The notes under the pieces are model-generated. The model made no database searches, was not told the DNA's origin, and saw only the letters and a list, made by a program, of their open reading frames with translations. Source: Dehalococcoidia bacterium (GTDB taxonomy: Bacteria > Chloroflexota > Dehalococcoidia > UBA2979). From it: a stretch of 64,000 bases of DNA. Shown one piece after another: positions 56,089 through 64,000 of this stretch. Within the stretch, counting starts at the first letter, position 1; each line of letters begins with the position of its first letter. The translations under genes and the position numbers were made by a program. Where the stretch lies: NCBI GenBank assembly GCA_965219085.1, contig OZ244720.1:2656001-2720000 (forward strand), given 5' to 3'.

Positions 56089-57167
56089 GCCGGCTCGCAC
56101 TTGATGAGCGCCGAGGTGAGCGGATACCGCATCCAGACCTCGACTCCGTACGGAGGGTTGAACGTTGGCCACTGGCCGGGGCGAGCGGCACCGAACCAGA
56201 TGTACTGCGTGCCGGCCCCATTGCTGATCTTGGCTGTTGGCTCTCCGTCAGCGTCTCGCCCCCACACAGCCCACTGAGCGTCCTTGGCCTGCCCCTCACC
56301 GCGCACACCATAGAACTCGACGTAGCAGGCCAGCCTGCCCGCTGGTACGTAGGGGAGATCGATAATCCCCTCGCCGAGTACGTGCAGGTGCGGCGGTCTG
56401 CCGCTCGTGTCGCCCCGTACGGCGTACTCGAAGCCGCGCGCTTCCGGTAGCGGGTCGACCGGATCGCATCGCACCGTCCACTCGCCGCGCGGAGCCACAC
56501 CCACACCCAACGTGTACGGGGCGAGGAGCGAGCGCGGCCGCTCCTCGCCGTCGAACTCCCCGAAGTAGATCACCTTCGGGGGCAACTCCCCGGCGGCCGT
56601 TTCTTGATGGTAGCCGACCCATGCGCTGACGCGCGTGCGTTGCAGCCCGATCCGCCCGTCGCGCGGCCGGAGCCCCGTACCCGAGACATTTACGCCGAAC
56701 CCATCCGGGCGCCCGGATTCCATCCTGTTGCCGGTGACCTCTGCGCTACACACCAGATGTCCGGACGCCTCAACCTCTGTGGCGCCTGGCCCTTGCCCGC
56801 TGATGGTGAACCCCCGGGCGGGCTGCGCGGCGGTGGGCGTCGGCGCAGCCGTGGGAGTCGCCGTCGGGGTGGGCGCGGGTGTCGGCGTGGACGCGGGCGC
56901 GGGCGCGGGCGCCGGTGTCGGCGGCGGCGGCCCCTCGACGATGCGTGTGCCGTACTTGCTGAGGAACGTCCCGTTGACGATCTCGGGCGCGCCAGCGATC
57001 CACGTCGTCCAGCTGTCGTCGTGCTCCCTGACGTAGATGCCCCGGATGTCCGCGAACCAGATCAGCGCTCCGTTGGTCTCCCACTCATCGTCCGAGAGCG
57101 CCGCCGGCCGCATCACCAGCGCGAGGAGCAGCCCGATGGTGGCGGCGACGAACAGGCGCGGGAGCAT
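56085..57167 (-). CDS. secreted protein: signal peptide, WIAGAP motif, Pro/Thr linker, two Cys-paired repeat domains
   Basis: MLPRLFVAATIGLLLALV after GGGGAGG; WTTWIAGAPEIVNGTF; PTPAP linker; two RGF...C...FG...PY...C(D/E)P units. Confidence 0.75.
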   Translation of the reverse strand: MLPRLFVAATIGLLLALVMRPAALSDDEWETNGALIWFADIRGIYVREHDDSWTTWIAGAPEIVNGTFLSKYGTRIVEGPPPPTPAPAPAPASTPTPAPTPTATPTAAPTPTAAQPARGFTISGQGPGATEVEASGHLVCSAEVTGNRMESGRPDGFGVNVSGTGLRPRDGRIGLQRTRVSAWVGYHQETAAGELPPKVIYFGEFDGEERPRSLLAPYTLGVGVAPRGEWTVRCDPVDPLPEARGFEYAVRGDTSGRPPHLHVLGEGIIDLPYVPAGRLACYVEFYGVRGEGQAKDAQWAVWGRDADGEPTAKISNGAGTQYIWFGAARPGQWPTFNPPYGVEVWMRYPLTSALIKCEPA

Positions 57168-57491
57168 CGGGTGCCTCCCCGAGGTGGGCGGACTCCCGGT
57201 CCTCGACGAGAGGTCCCCGACACTGCAAGGGGAGGCATGATGCCGCGCCCGCGTATCGGGTCTGCCGTCAAGAATCTTCAGTTCCCGCCGTTCAGCCTCA
57301 GTATGTAGTCCCACTCTATGGCGGACAAGTATTTGCGTGGCCGGACAACTCCTCCTGCTGGATTGAATGGGCGGCCCAACGAAGGCTACCAGGGCAGTAC
57401 CACCACCGCCGGTTGACCGCCGATCGCGCGCTGCCTACGCTCGCCTGACCGCCACCCCGACCACGGACGAACCGACGAGGCCGCCCGCGCG

Positions 57492-58028
57492 ATGATCGAC
57501 TTTGGCCTGGTGGATGCCGTCGACGCCGAGGCCCTCGGCGAGCCGGGGGAGCGCACGTTCCGCCTGCGCGCCATGGCCGGCGCCAACCGCGCCGCGCTGT
57601 GGATGGAGAAGGAGCAACTCGCTGCCCTCGGCCGCGCCATCTCGCGGCTGCTCGCCGAACGCGCGGCACGCCGCGAGGAGCCGTCGCGGTCCAGCGGGGA
57701 CCTCAGCGGCTTCGGCAACCACCCCGACGTGGACTTCCGGGTCGCCCGGCTGGGGCTCGACTTCGAGAACGAGGGCGAGCGCCTGCTCATCCTCGCCGAC
57801 GACGAGGAGGCGCTCACCGGCGGCAACACGCCGGCGTTTCGCATGGAGATCGGCCGCGCCGCCGCGCGCGCCCTCGTCACGCAGATCACCGAGGTGGTCG
57901 CGGCCGGGCGGCCGCGCTGCCCGCTCTGCGGCCAGCCACTGGAGGGTGACGGGCAGCACTTCTGCCCCGGTTCGAACGGCCACTCGCAAGAACTCGAGAT
58001 CCCGACCGACGAGACCGAGCAGGCCTGA
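57492..58028 (+). CDS. DUF3090 family protein
   Basis: [37 protein letters not shown]. Confidence 0.85.
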   Translation: MIDFGLVDAVDAEALGEPGERTFRLRAMAGANRAALWMEKEQLAALGRAISRLLAERAARREEPSRSSGDLSGFGNHPDVDFRVARLGLDFENEGERLLILADDEEALTGGNTPAFRMEIGRAAARALVTQITEVVAAGRPRCPLCGQPLEGDGQHFCPGSNGHSQELEIPTDETEQA

Positions 58029-58135
58029 CGCCCGTCGCGCGCGCCTCGGGCGTTGCAGCGGTAGGATCACCCCGGGTTGGGCACCCCGGACTTGGGCGGA
58101 CTCGCATCACGCCGCGCACCGACGGAGGCACAGAC

Positions 58136-59809
58136 ATGACGTTCGACACCCGGCATCGCAGCCGCACGCTCGTCGACGGGCCGGACCGCGCGCCCGCGCG
58201 CTCGTACCTGAAGTCGGTGGGGCTGAGCGGCGAGGACCTGCAGCGGCCGCTCGTGATGGTGGCGCACAGCTGGATCGGCACGATGCCGTGCAACTACAGC
58301 CAGCGCGAGCTGGCGCAGCACGTCATGGCCGGGGTGCGCGCCGCGGGCGGGACGCCGATGGAGGTCAACACCGTCTCCATCAGCGACGGCATCTCGATGG
58401 GCACGCAAGGCATGAAGGCCTCGCTGATCAGCCGCGAGCTCATCGCCGACTCGATCGAGTTGTGCGGCGTCGGTTACGGCTTCGACGCGGCGGTCGTGCT
58501 CGTTGGATGCGACAAGACGATCCCGGCCGCGACCCTCGCGCTGGCGCGCCTCGACATCCCGAGCCTCGTGCTCTACAGCGGCTCCATCGACCCCGGCGTG
58601 CTCGACGGGCAGGACATCACGATCCAGGACGTCTTCGAGGGTGTCGGGCAGCACGCGGCCGGCACGATCACCGACGAGCAGCTCGCCGCCATCGAGGACG
58701 CGGCCTGCCCCGGCGCGGGCGCGTGCGGCGCGCAGTACACCGCCAACACGATGGCGATGGTGCTCGAGTTCCTCGGCATCGCGCCAATGGGCAGCGGGTC
58801 GGTCGGCGCGACCGACCCGCGCAAGGACCGCGTCGGCTTCGAGGCCGGGCAGCTCGTCATGGACGTGCTGCGGCGCGGCCAGCGGCCGAGTGACATCTTC
58901 ACGCGCGAGGCGATCGAGAACGGCATCGCCTGCGCCGCCGCCACGGGTGGCTCCACGAACGTCGTGCTGCACCTGCTCGCGCTCGCGCGCGAGGCGGGCA
59001 TCCCGCTCGAGATCGACGACTTCGACGACATCAGCGAGCAGACGCCGCTGATCGGCGACCTGCGGCCCGGCGGCCGCTACGTAGCGCTCGACCTCGATCG
59101 TGCGGGCGGGATCCAGCTCGTCGCGAAGCGGCTCGTCGAGGGCGGCAAGGTCCACGGCGACGTGCCGACGGTGACCGGCCGGACGCTCGCCGAGGAGGCC
59201 GCGGAGGCCGTTGAGACGCCCGGCCAGGACGTGGTGCGCGCGCTCGACGACCCGCTCAAGGAGACGGGCGGGCTCGTGATCCTGCACGGCAGCCTCGCGC
59301 CCGAGGGCGCTGTGGTGAAGGTCGCGGGCTACGAGCGGACGCAGCACCGTGGCCCCGCGCGCGTCTTCGAGCAGGAGGAAGACGCCCTCGAGGCGGTCCT
59401 CGCCGGCACGATCAACGAGGGCGACGTGGTCGTGATCCGCAACGAGGGGCCGGTCGGCGGGCCGGGCATGCGCGAGATGCTGGGCGTGACCGCTGCGCTG
59501 GTCGGCGCGGGCCTCGGCGAGACGGTCGCGCTGCTCACCGACGGGCGCTTCAGCGGCGCCACACGCGGGCTCATGGCCGGCCACGTCGCGCCCGAGGCTG
59601 CCGCGAGCGGCCCCATCGCCGCCGTGCACGAGGGCGACATGGTCGCGTTCGACATCGACGGCCGCACGCTCGACCTCGAAGTCGACGCGGCGGAGATCGC
59701 ACGCCGCCTCGACGCATGGACGCCGCCGCCGCCGCGCTGGGAGCGTGGCGTGTTCGCGAAGTACGCACGCTCGGTGTCGAGCGCGGCGGAGGGCGCGGTT
59801 ACGGGGTAG
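58136..59809 (+). CDS. ilvD: dihydroxy-acid dehydratase
   Basis: [44 protein letters not shown]. Confidence 0.96.
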   Translation: MTFDTRHRSRTLVDGPDRAPARSYLKSVGLSGEDLQRPLVMVAHSWIGTMPCNYSQRELAQHVMAGVRAAGGTPMEVNTVSISDGISMGTQGMKASLISRELIADSIELCGVGYGFDAAVVLVGCDKTIPAATLALARLDIPSLVLYSGSIDPGVLDGQDITIQDVFEGVGQHAAGTITDEQLAAIEDAACPGAGACGAQYTANTMAMVLEFLGIAPMGSGSVGATDPRKDRVGFEAGQLVMDVLRRGQRPSDIFTREAIENGIACAAATGGSTNVVLHLLALAREAGIPLEIDDFDDISEQTPLIGDLRPGGRYVALDLDRAGGIQLVAKRLVEGGKVHGDVPTVTGRTLAEEAAEAVETPGQDVVRALDDPLKETGGLVILHGSLAPEGAVVKVAGYERTQHRGPARVFEQEEDALEAVLAGTINEGDVVVIRNEGPVGGPGMREMLGVTAALVGAGLGETVALLTDGRFSGATRGLMAGHVAPEAAASGPIAAVHEGDMVAFDIDGRTLDLEVDAAEIARRLDAWTPPPPRWERGVFAKYARSVSSAAEGAVTG

Positions 59810-60161
59810 CGGGAGGTAACGGCCTCACCCGAACGCGGTCGTCGGTGACGACCGCGAAGTGGTCGTCCCAGTCTTCGCGAGTAACCAATGCCGCGGAGAC
59901 GACGTCCGCCTGCTCCTGCGACGAACCGCGCAGGTGCAGCAGGATGACGCCGCTGCTGGCTACTCGCCGGAAGCGGAATACGATCTCGCCGAAATCGCTG
60001 TCGGCCGTGATGAGTATGCGCTCCTCAGGCGTCGCGCGATCCAGCACCTGTGGATCGTCACGCTCCGGCGAATCGGGACGGATCCAGGCCACATCGTGGC
60101 CTTCGCGGCGCAACACATTGACGACATCGCGGGGAAGATTCTCGTCGGCGAGAAGGCGCAT
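59799..60161 (-). CDS. DUF5615 PIN-like toxin (VapC45-type)
   Basis: [24 protein letters not shown]. Confidence 0.88.
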   Translation of the reverse strand: MRLLADENLPRDVVNVLRREGHDVAWIRPDSPERDDPQVLDRATPEERILITADSDFGEIVFRFRRVASSGVILLHLRGSSQEQADVVSAALVTREDWDDHFAVVTDDRVRVRPLPPATP

Positions 60162-60167
60162 GCCGTG

Positions 60168-60398
60168 CTACACGCGAAGCGGGTAGACGCTTTCGCCTCG
60201 CAGTCGCGTGCTCGCGTAGTGCAGGCAGGCGCGGATATCGTCGCGATCGAGCGACGGATACTGTTCGAGGATGGTGTCCTCATCCCAGCCGTCAGCGAGC
60301 CGCTCGATCACGAGCTCCACGGCGATCCGGGTGCCTCTGACGATCGGTTTGCCCACAAGTACGGCGGGGTTGAGTTCGATGCGCTCTTCCCAGTCCAC
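60168..60398 (-). CDS. DUF433 antitoxin (VapB45-type)
   Basis: GKPIVRGTRIAV, YPSL, DIRACLHYA. Confidence 0.9.
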   Translation of the reverse strand: MDWEERIELNPAVLVGKPIVRGTRIAVELVIERLADGWDEDTILEQYPSLDRDDIRACLHYASTRLRGESVYPLRV

Positions 60399-60471
60399 AG
60401 GTGCGCCTCCTCGACTCGCCGCCGGGATTCGGCTCTGGCGCCACGCTTAGGATAACCGCACTCGCCAGCGG

Positions 60472-61284
60472 TTACGCGCTGTCCGGGTCGAGGATCGCGT
60501 TCCAGGCCGCGAGGCCGAACCCGCCGTCGAGGTGGATCGTCTGGCCGACGAGCATCGGTGCTTCGTCGGAGCAGATCCACGCGACCGCGGCAGCCACGTC
60601 CTCGGGCGACACGTTGCGGCCCGCGGGCACGTTCGGACGCACGGCGTCGGAGACGTTGCCGCGGTACGAATGCTCGCCCTCGGACGCCTCGACCCAGCCG
60701 GCCGAGACGGCGTTGACGCGGATCCCGCGCGGCGCCAGCTCGACGGCGAGGTAGCGTGTCAGCGAGGCGAGCGCGGCCTTGCTCACCGCCACCGCCGAGT
60801 AGTCCGGCATGTACTGCCACGCGCCGGGCGAGAGCAGGTTGACGATGGCCCCGCCGCCGCGCTGCTCCATCAGCGGCACGGCGGCCTGTGCCGCCTGCCA
60901 CGGCCCGAACAGGTTCACGTCCATCGTTGCGTGGAGGTGGTTCGGGCGCTGCGTCATCGCCGGCCTCGGCCGTTCGAGGCCGCGCGCGGCGTTGTTGATC
61001 AGCACGTCGACGCCGCCCCACGCCTCGGCGTGCCGGAGGAGCGCGGCGAGGTCGTCGCGGTCCCCGGCGTCGGCGCGGAAGGCCTCGGCCTCGACGCCGT
61101 GGGCGCGGCACTCGGCGGCGGTGGCCTCGGCGGCGTCGGTGCTGCGTGCGTAGTTCACGAGCACGTGGCAGCCCTCGGCGGCGAGCCGCAGCGAGATGGC
61201 GCGGCCGATGCCGCGCGACCCGCCGACCACGACGGCGCGCTTGCCGGCCAGCGAGGGGTAGCGGGCGGGCCCGTCGTCGGTCAC
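60472..61284 (-). CDS. SDR oxidoreductase (FabL-like)
   Basis: GGSRGIG, NNAA, YSAVAVSKA (Yx6K), IRVNAVS; GTG start overlaps the upstream stop. Confidence 0.88.
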   Translation of the reverse strand: MTDDGPARYPSLAGKRAVVVGGSRGIGRAISLRLAAEGCHVLVNYARSTDAAEATAAECRAHGVEAEAFRADAGDRDDLAALLRHAEAWGGVDVLINNAARGLERPRPAMTQRPNHLHATMDVNLFGPWQAAQAAVPLMEQRGGGAIVNLLSPGAWQYMPDYSAVAVSKAALASLTRYLAVELAPRGIRVNAVSAGWVEASEGEHSYRGNVSDAVRPNVPAGRNVSPEDVAAAVAWICSDEAPMLVGQTIHLDGGFGLAAWNAILDPDSA

Positions 61285-61769
61285 GGCGCTGCCACCTCGT
61301 GCGGCCCGAACGGCCCCTTCGCGGGCTCGATCAGGACGCCGACCGCCCACTCGTAGCCGTCGGGGTCGCGCACGAGCGTCTCGCGCCAGCCGTGGCCCTT
61401 GTCCGTCGCCGGCGCGACGAGATGCGCGTCGTGCTCGCGGGCCCGCGCCTCGACGGCGTCGGGGTCGATGCCGAGCAGCCGCACCTGTGCGCCGACGCCG
61501 CGCGTCGCGCCGCCGGCGAGTTCGCCGCTCCACGGGTGGTCGTCGTGGGTGTGATCGGCGTGCAGCATCACCTCGGCGGGACCGACGCGGACGGCTGCGA
61601 AGTCGATGTCCTGATAGTGGACCTCGGCGTCCAGGACGTCGCGGTAGAAGGCGGCGGCGCGCTCGGTGTCGCGCACGATGAGGTTGAGGGCGAGCGGTGG
61701 CAGCAGCGCGCCGTAGCGGAAGCCCGGCATCCACGGCATCGTGCCTTCGGGGCGCAGTCGGGTTCCCAT
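61281..61769 (-). CDS. VOC/glyoxalase family protein
   Basis: NLIVRD...AAFYRDVL, GWRE..VRDPDGYEW. Confidence 0.87.
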   Translation of the reverse strand: MGTRLRPEGTMPWMPGFRYGALLPPLALNLIVRDTERAAAFYRDVLDAEVHYQDIDFAAVRVGPAEVMLHADHTHDDHPWSGELAGGATRGVGAQVRLLGIDPDAVEARAREHDAHLVAPATDKGHGWRETLVRDPDGYEWAVGVLIEPAKGPFGPHEVAAP

Positions 61770-62275
61770 CAGGGCTCCTCCCGTGGCGGCAGCGCGCGCA
61801 GCGCCGCGATCTGCGTGGCGTGGTCGCGGTCGTGGTTGGTGAGGTGTTCGAGCATCCCGAGGACCGAGAGTGCGCGACCGGGTGACGGATGCGGCGAGGT
61901 GAGATCGATGGCATCGGCGAGCCCGCCGAACAACTCGAGCGTGGCGGCGCGGTGCTCATCGAGGCTGTCGAGGAGGTGCTGCAGGCGGTTGCGCTCGGCG
62001 GGCCGGCGCGCGCCGCGGAAGCGGGTGACGGCCTCGCCGCGCATGGCAGCCTCGGCCCACTCGCGCCAGCAGCGCTCGCTGTCGGCGACGTGCCACAGCA
62101 CCTCGCGGATCGACCAGCGAGCGTCGTGCTCCTCGTCCGGCTCGGGCGGGCGGCGCGAGAAGGCCGCCTGATCGAGGCCGTCCAGCGCGTCGAGCAGCGC
62201 GCGGCGTGCCTCGTCGAAGGCGACGAGGCGCTCGGTCAGCGCGGTGGTGTGGGAGCTGGTTTGGGTGTCTGGCAC
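61769..62275 (-). CDS. DinB family protein
   Basis: WSIREVLWHV...HDRDHATQI; GTG 62275 lies 6 nt after TATCCT. Confidence 0.85.
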   Translation of the reverse strand: MPDTQTSSHTTALTERLVAFDEARRALLDALDGLDQAAFSRRPPEPDEEHDARWSIREVLWHVADSERCWREWAEAAMRGEAVTRFRGARRPAERNRLQHLLDSLDEHRAATLELFGGLADAIDLTSPHPSPGRALSVLGMLEHLTNHDRDHATQIAALRALPPREEP

Positions 62276-62341
62276 GAGAGCAGGATAGCGCGGGTCGGCT
62301 GTCGCGGGGCGTGCGGACACGACCCGATCGCAGCCGCCAAT

Positions 62342-62617
62342 CTACGGCTCTGCTCCTGCCTCGCCGTGGATGCTCTCCCAGCAGAGCGTGGAGTCCCACA
62401 CCTCCAGATCGACGCGCGCCTGCCACTCCTCGTACGTCTCGTCCGACTCCCAGTACCAGTTCGGCTCGTGGCACTCCTGACTGACGCGCCAGTCTTTGTA
62501 GCGCTCGTCACACTCCACCATCCCGAAGATGGCCGCGACGACGAGGGCGAGAAGGGTGAATCCCTTGACGGACTCCCAGCGCCTACTACCGTGCCAGCGG
62601 TGGTTCAAGTACCGCAT
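62342..62617 (-). CDS. hypothetical single-TM protein, probably 5'-truncated
   Basis: One TM segment, then a Cys/Trp/Glu-rich domain; the frame stays open upstream through HCDRCGR to a TGA at 62714-62716. Confidence 0.45.
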   Translation of the reverse strand: MRYLNHRWHGSRRWESVKGFTLLALVVAAIFGMVECDERYKDWRVSQECHEPNWYWESDETYEEWQARVDLEVWDSTLCWESIHGEAGAEP

Positions 62618-62713
62618 CGGGTGCGGGATGAAGGTTCGGTGTTCGGCGTACCGGCCGCAGCGATCGCAGTGCGTTGCGGGTCCGGTTTCGACAGGTCTGG
62701 GCCAGCCCCTTGG

Positions 62714-62803
62714 TCACCCTGGCGAGCAGGACGGGGCGACGAGCCGCTCGCTGAGCGCGGCGGGCGTCGAGGTCGTGTGGGCGTCCGGCACGCTAGCAGG
62801 ATA
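62714..62803 (-). pseudogene. diverged copy of the DinB promoter and first 19 codons
   Basis: MPDAHTTSTPAALSERLVA vs MPDTQTSSHTTALTERLVA; 53/69 nt identical to 62219-62287 by manual alignment. Confidence 0.75.
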
Positions 62804-62924
62804 CAGCCGAAGGCGCGTTGGGAGCGCTCGCTGAGCTCGCTACGCGGTCGTGCAGCACCAGGCTGAGCCGCCGATTGTCCCCCGCTCGCCGGGCGGCCTA
62901 CGCTCGGAGCCGCGAGGTGTAACG

Positions 62925-63857
62925 ATGCGGATCACCGTGCTGGCCGGGGGCGTGGGAGCCGCGAGGTTCCTCGAAGGGCTGTGCCGCGCCGTCGATCCGG
63001 CGGACGTGACCGCGATCTGCAACGTCGGCGACGACTTCGAGTGGCACGGCCTGCACGTCTCGCCCGACATCGACACGGTCATCTACACGCTCGCCGGCCT
63101 CGAGGGCGAGTTCGGCTGGGGCGTGCGCGGCGACACCGTGGCCGCGCTCGGCGAACTCGCCGAACTGGGCGAGGAGCCGTGGTTCCGGATCGGCGACCGA
63201 GACCTCGCCACGCACGTGTGGCGCACCGAGCGCCTGGGCGCGGGAAGCTCGCTGAGCGAGGTCACGGCGGAGCTCGCGCGGCGGCGAGGGCTCGAACTGT
63301 CGCTGCTCCCGGTGACGGACGACCCGCACCCGACCGTCGTGGTCACGCCCGACGGGCCGCTCGACTTCCAGGACTACTTCGTGCGTGGGCGCGCGTCGGC
63401 GGAGGTGGTCGGGATCGAGTTCCCCGAGGCGGCGTCGGCGTCCCCGGCGCCCGGCGTCCTCGACGCCGTCGCCGCGCCCGACGTGCTCATCGTCGCGCCG
63501 AGCAACCCGTTCGTGTCGATCGAGCCGATCCTCGTCGTCCTGGGCGTCAGCGAGGCGCTCCGCGACACCTCGGCGCCGGTGGTGGCGGTGAGCCCAATCG
63601 TGGGCGGCGCGGCGGTAAAGGGCCCGGCTGCCGCCATGATGCGCACGCTCGGCCACGAGGTCTCCGCGCTCGGCGTGGCGCGCCTGTACGCGGGGCTTGT
63701 CGACGTGTTCGTGCTCGACGAAGTCGACCGCGCGCTCGCCCCGGCGGTCGAGGAGCTCGGTATGCGGGCGGTCGTGACCGACACGATGATGACGAGCCCG
63801 GAACGGCGGCTCGATCTCGCCTCGACGGTGCTCGACGCGGCAGGGGGGGCGCGCTGA
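62925..63857 (+). CDS. cofD: 2-phospho-L-lactate transferase (F420 biosynthesis)
   Basis: LAGGVGAARFL, NVGDD, SPDIDT, WFRIGDRDLATH, FQDYFV, PSNP, VKGPA. Confidence 0.95.
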   Translation: MRITVLAGGVGAARFLEGLCRAVDPADVTAICNVGDDFEWHGLHVSPDIDTVIYTLAGLEGEFGWGVRGDTVAALGELAELGEEPWFRIGDRDLATHVWRTERLGAGSSLSEVTAELARRRGLELSLLPVTDDPHPTVVVTPDGPLDFQDYFVRGRASAEVVGIEFPEAASASPAPGVLDAVAAPDVLIVAPSNPFVSIEPILVVLGVSEALRDTSAPVVAVSPIVGGAAVKGPAAAMMRTLGHEVSALGVARLYAGLVDVFVLDEVDRALAPAVEELGMRAVVTDTMMTSPERRLDLASTVLDAAGGAR

Positions 63858-64000
63858 TGGCGGGCACCCAGGCGCCCGCCCCGTGCGTGATCGTGCCCGT
63901 GCAGGCGCTGGCCAGCGCCAAGTCACGGCTCGCCGAGGTGCTGCCCGACGACGACCGAGCCGAGCTCGTGCTCGCGATGGTGGGCGACGTGCTGGATGCC
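63857..64000 (+). CDS. cofC: 2-phospho-L-lactate guanylyltransferase, 3'-partial
   Basis: Manual translation MAGTQAPAPCVIVPVQALASAKSRLAEVL...LAMVGDVLDA; overlaps the cofD stop. Confidence 0.85.
   Translation, partial: MAGTQAPAPCVIVPVQALASAKSRLAEVLPDDDRAELVLAMVGDVLDA

Noticed and set aside
60472-61959. 495-aa extended SDR
   Set aside because: The extension overlaps the VOC and DinB genes in other frames; the SDR starts at GTG 61284.
62714-62716. Selenocysteine read-through at the in-frame TGA
   Set aside because: No redox-motif context or recognisable SECIS; a recombination scar explains it better.

Overview
A very GC-rich bacterial chromosomal segment. The gene mix (F420 genes cofD/cofC, a PPOX-class F420 enzyme, several CoA-transferase, crotonase and DinB paralogues, DUF3090, Prim-PolC, secreted proteins with a WxxY/WxP/AGAP motif) suggests Chloroflexota, Dehalococcoidia/SAR202-like; this is inference only. 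The backbone carries acyl-CoA catabolism and transport genes, ispH-hpnC-hpnD-hpnE (squalene), tRNA-Lys(TTT), gnd, ppk2, a DAHP synthase, pduO, murB, ilvD and cofD/cofC. Several visibly AT-richer accessory patches are inserted. (1) 48.7-52.8 kb: a MORC-like GHKL ATPase with two inserted Ig-like domains, a winged-helix-like partner, and a convergent PvuII-type methyltransferase split by a 1-nt frameshift. No restriction endonuclease is recognisable; this is the best candidate for an undescribed defence/DNA-processing system. (2) 17.2-21.0 kb: a YhaO/YhaN-type Mre11-Rad50 pair with both coiled-coil arms duplicated and an amphipathic helix instead of a Zn hook. (3) 38.3-39.2 kb: a small transcription unit with a repeated, hairpin-containing leader and two micro-ORFs. 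(4) 55.5-57.3 kb: an IS1595 remnant with probable cargo. Also present: a lipoprotein + TorS-like kinase + partner-switching cassette, TA-like modules, and three gene scars, two of them not evident from the ORF track. Product calls come from motif recognition by eye; no searches were run.
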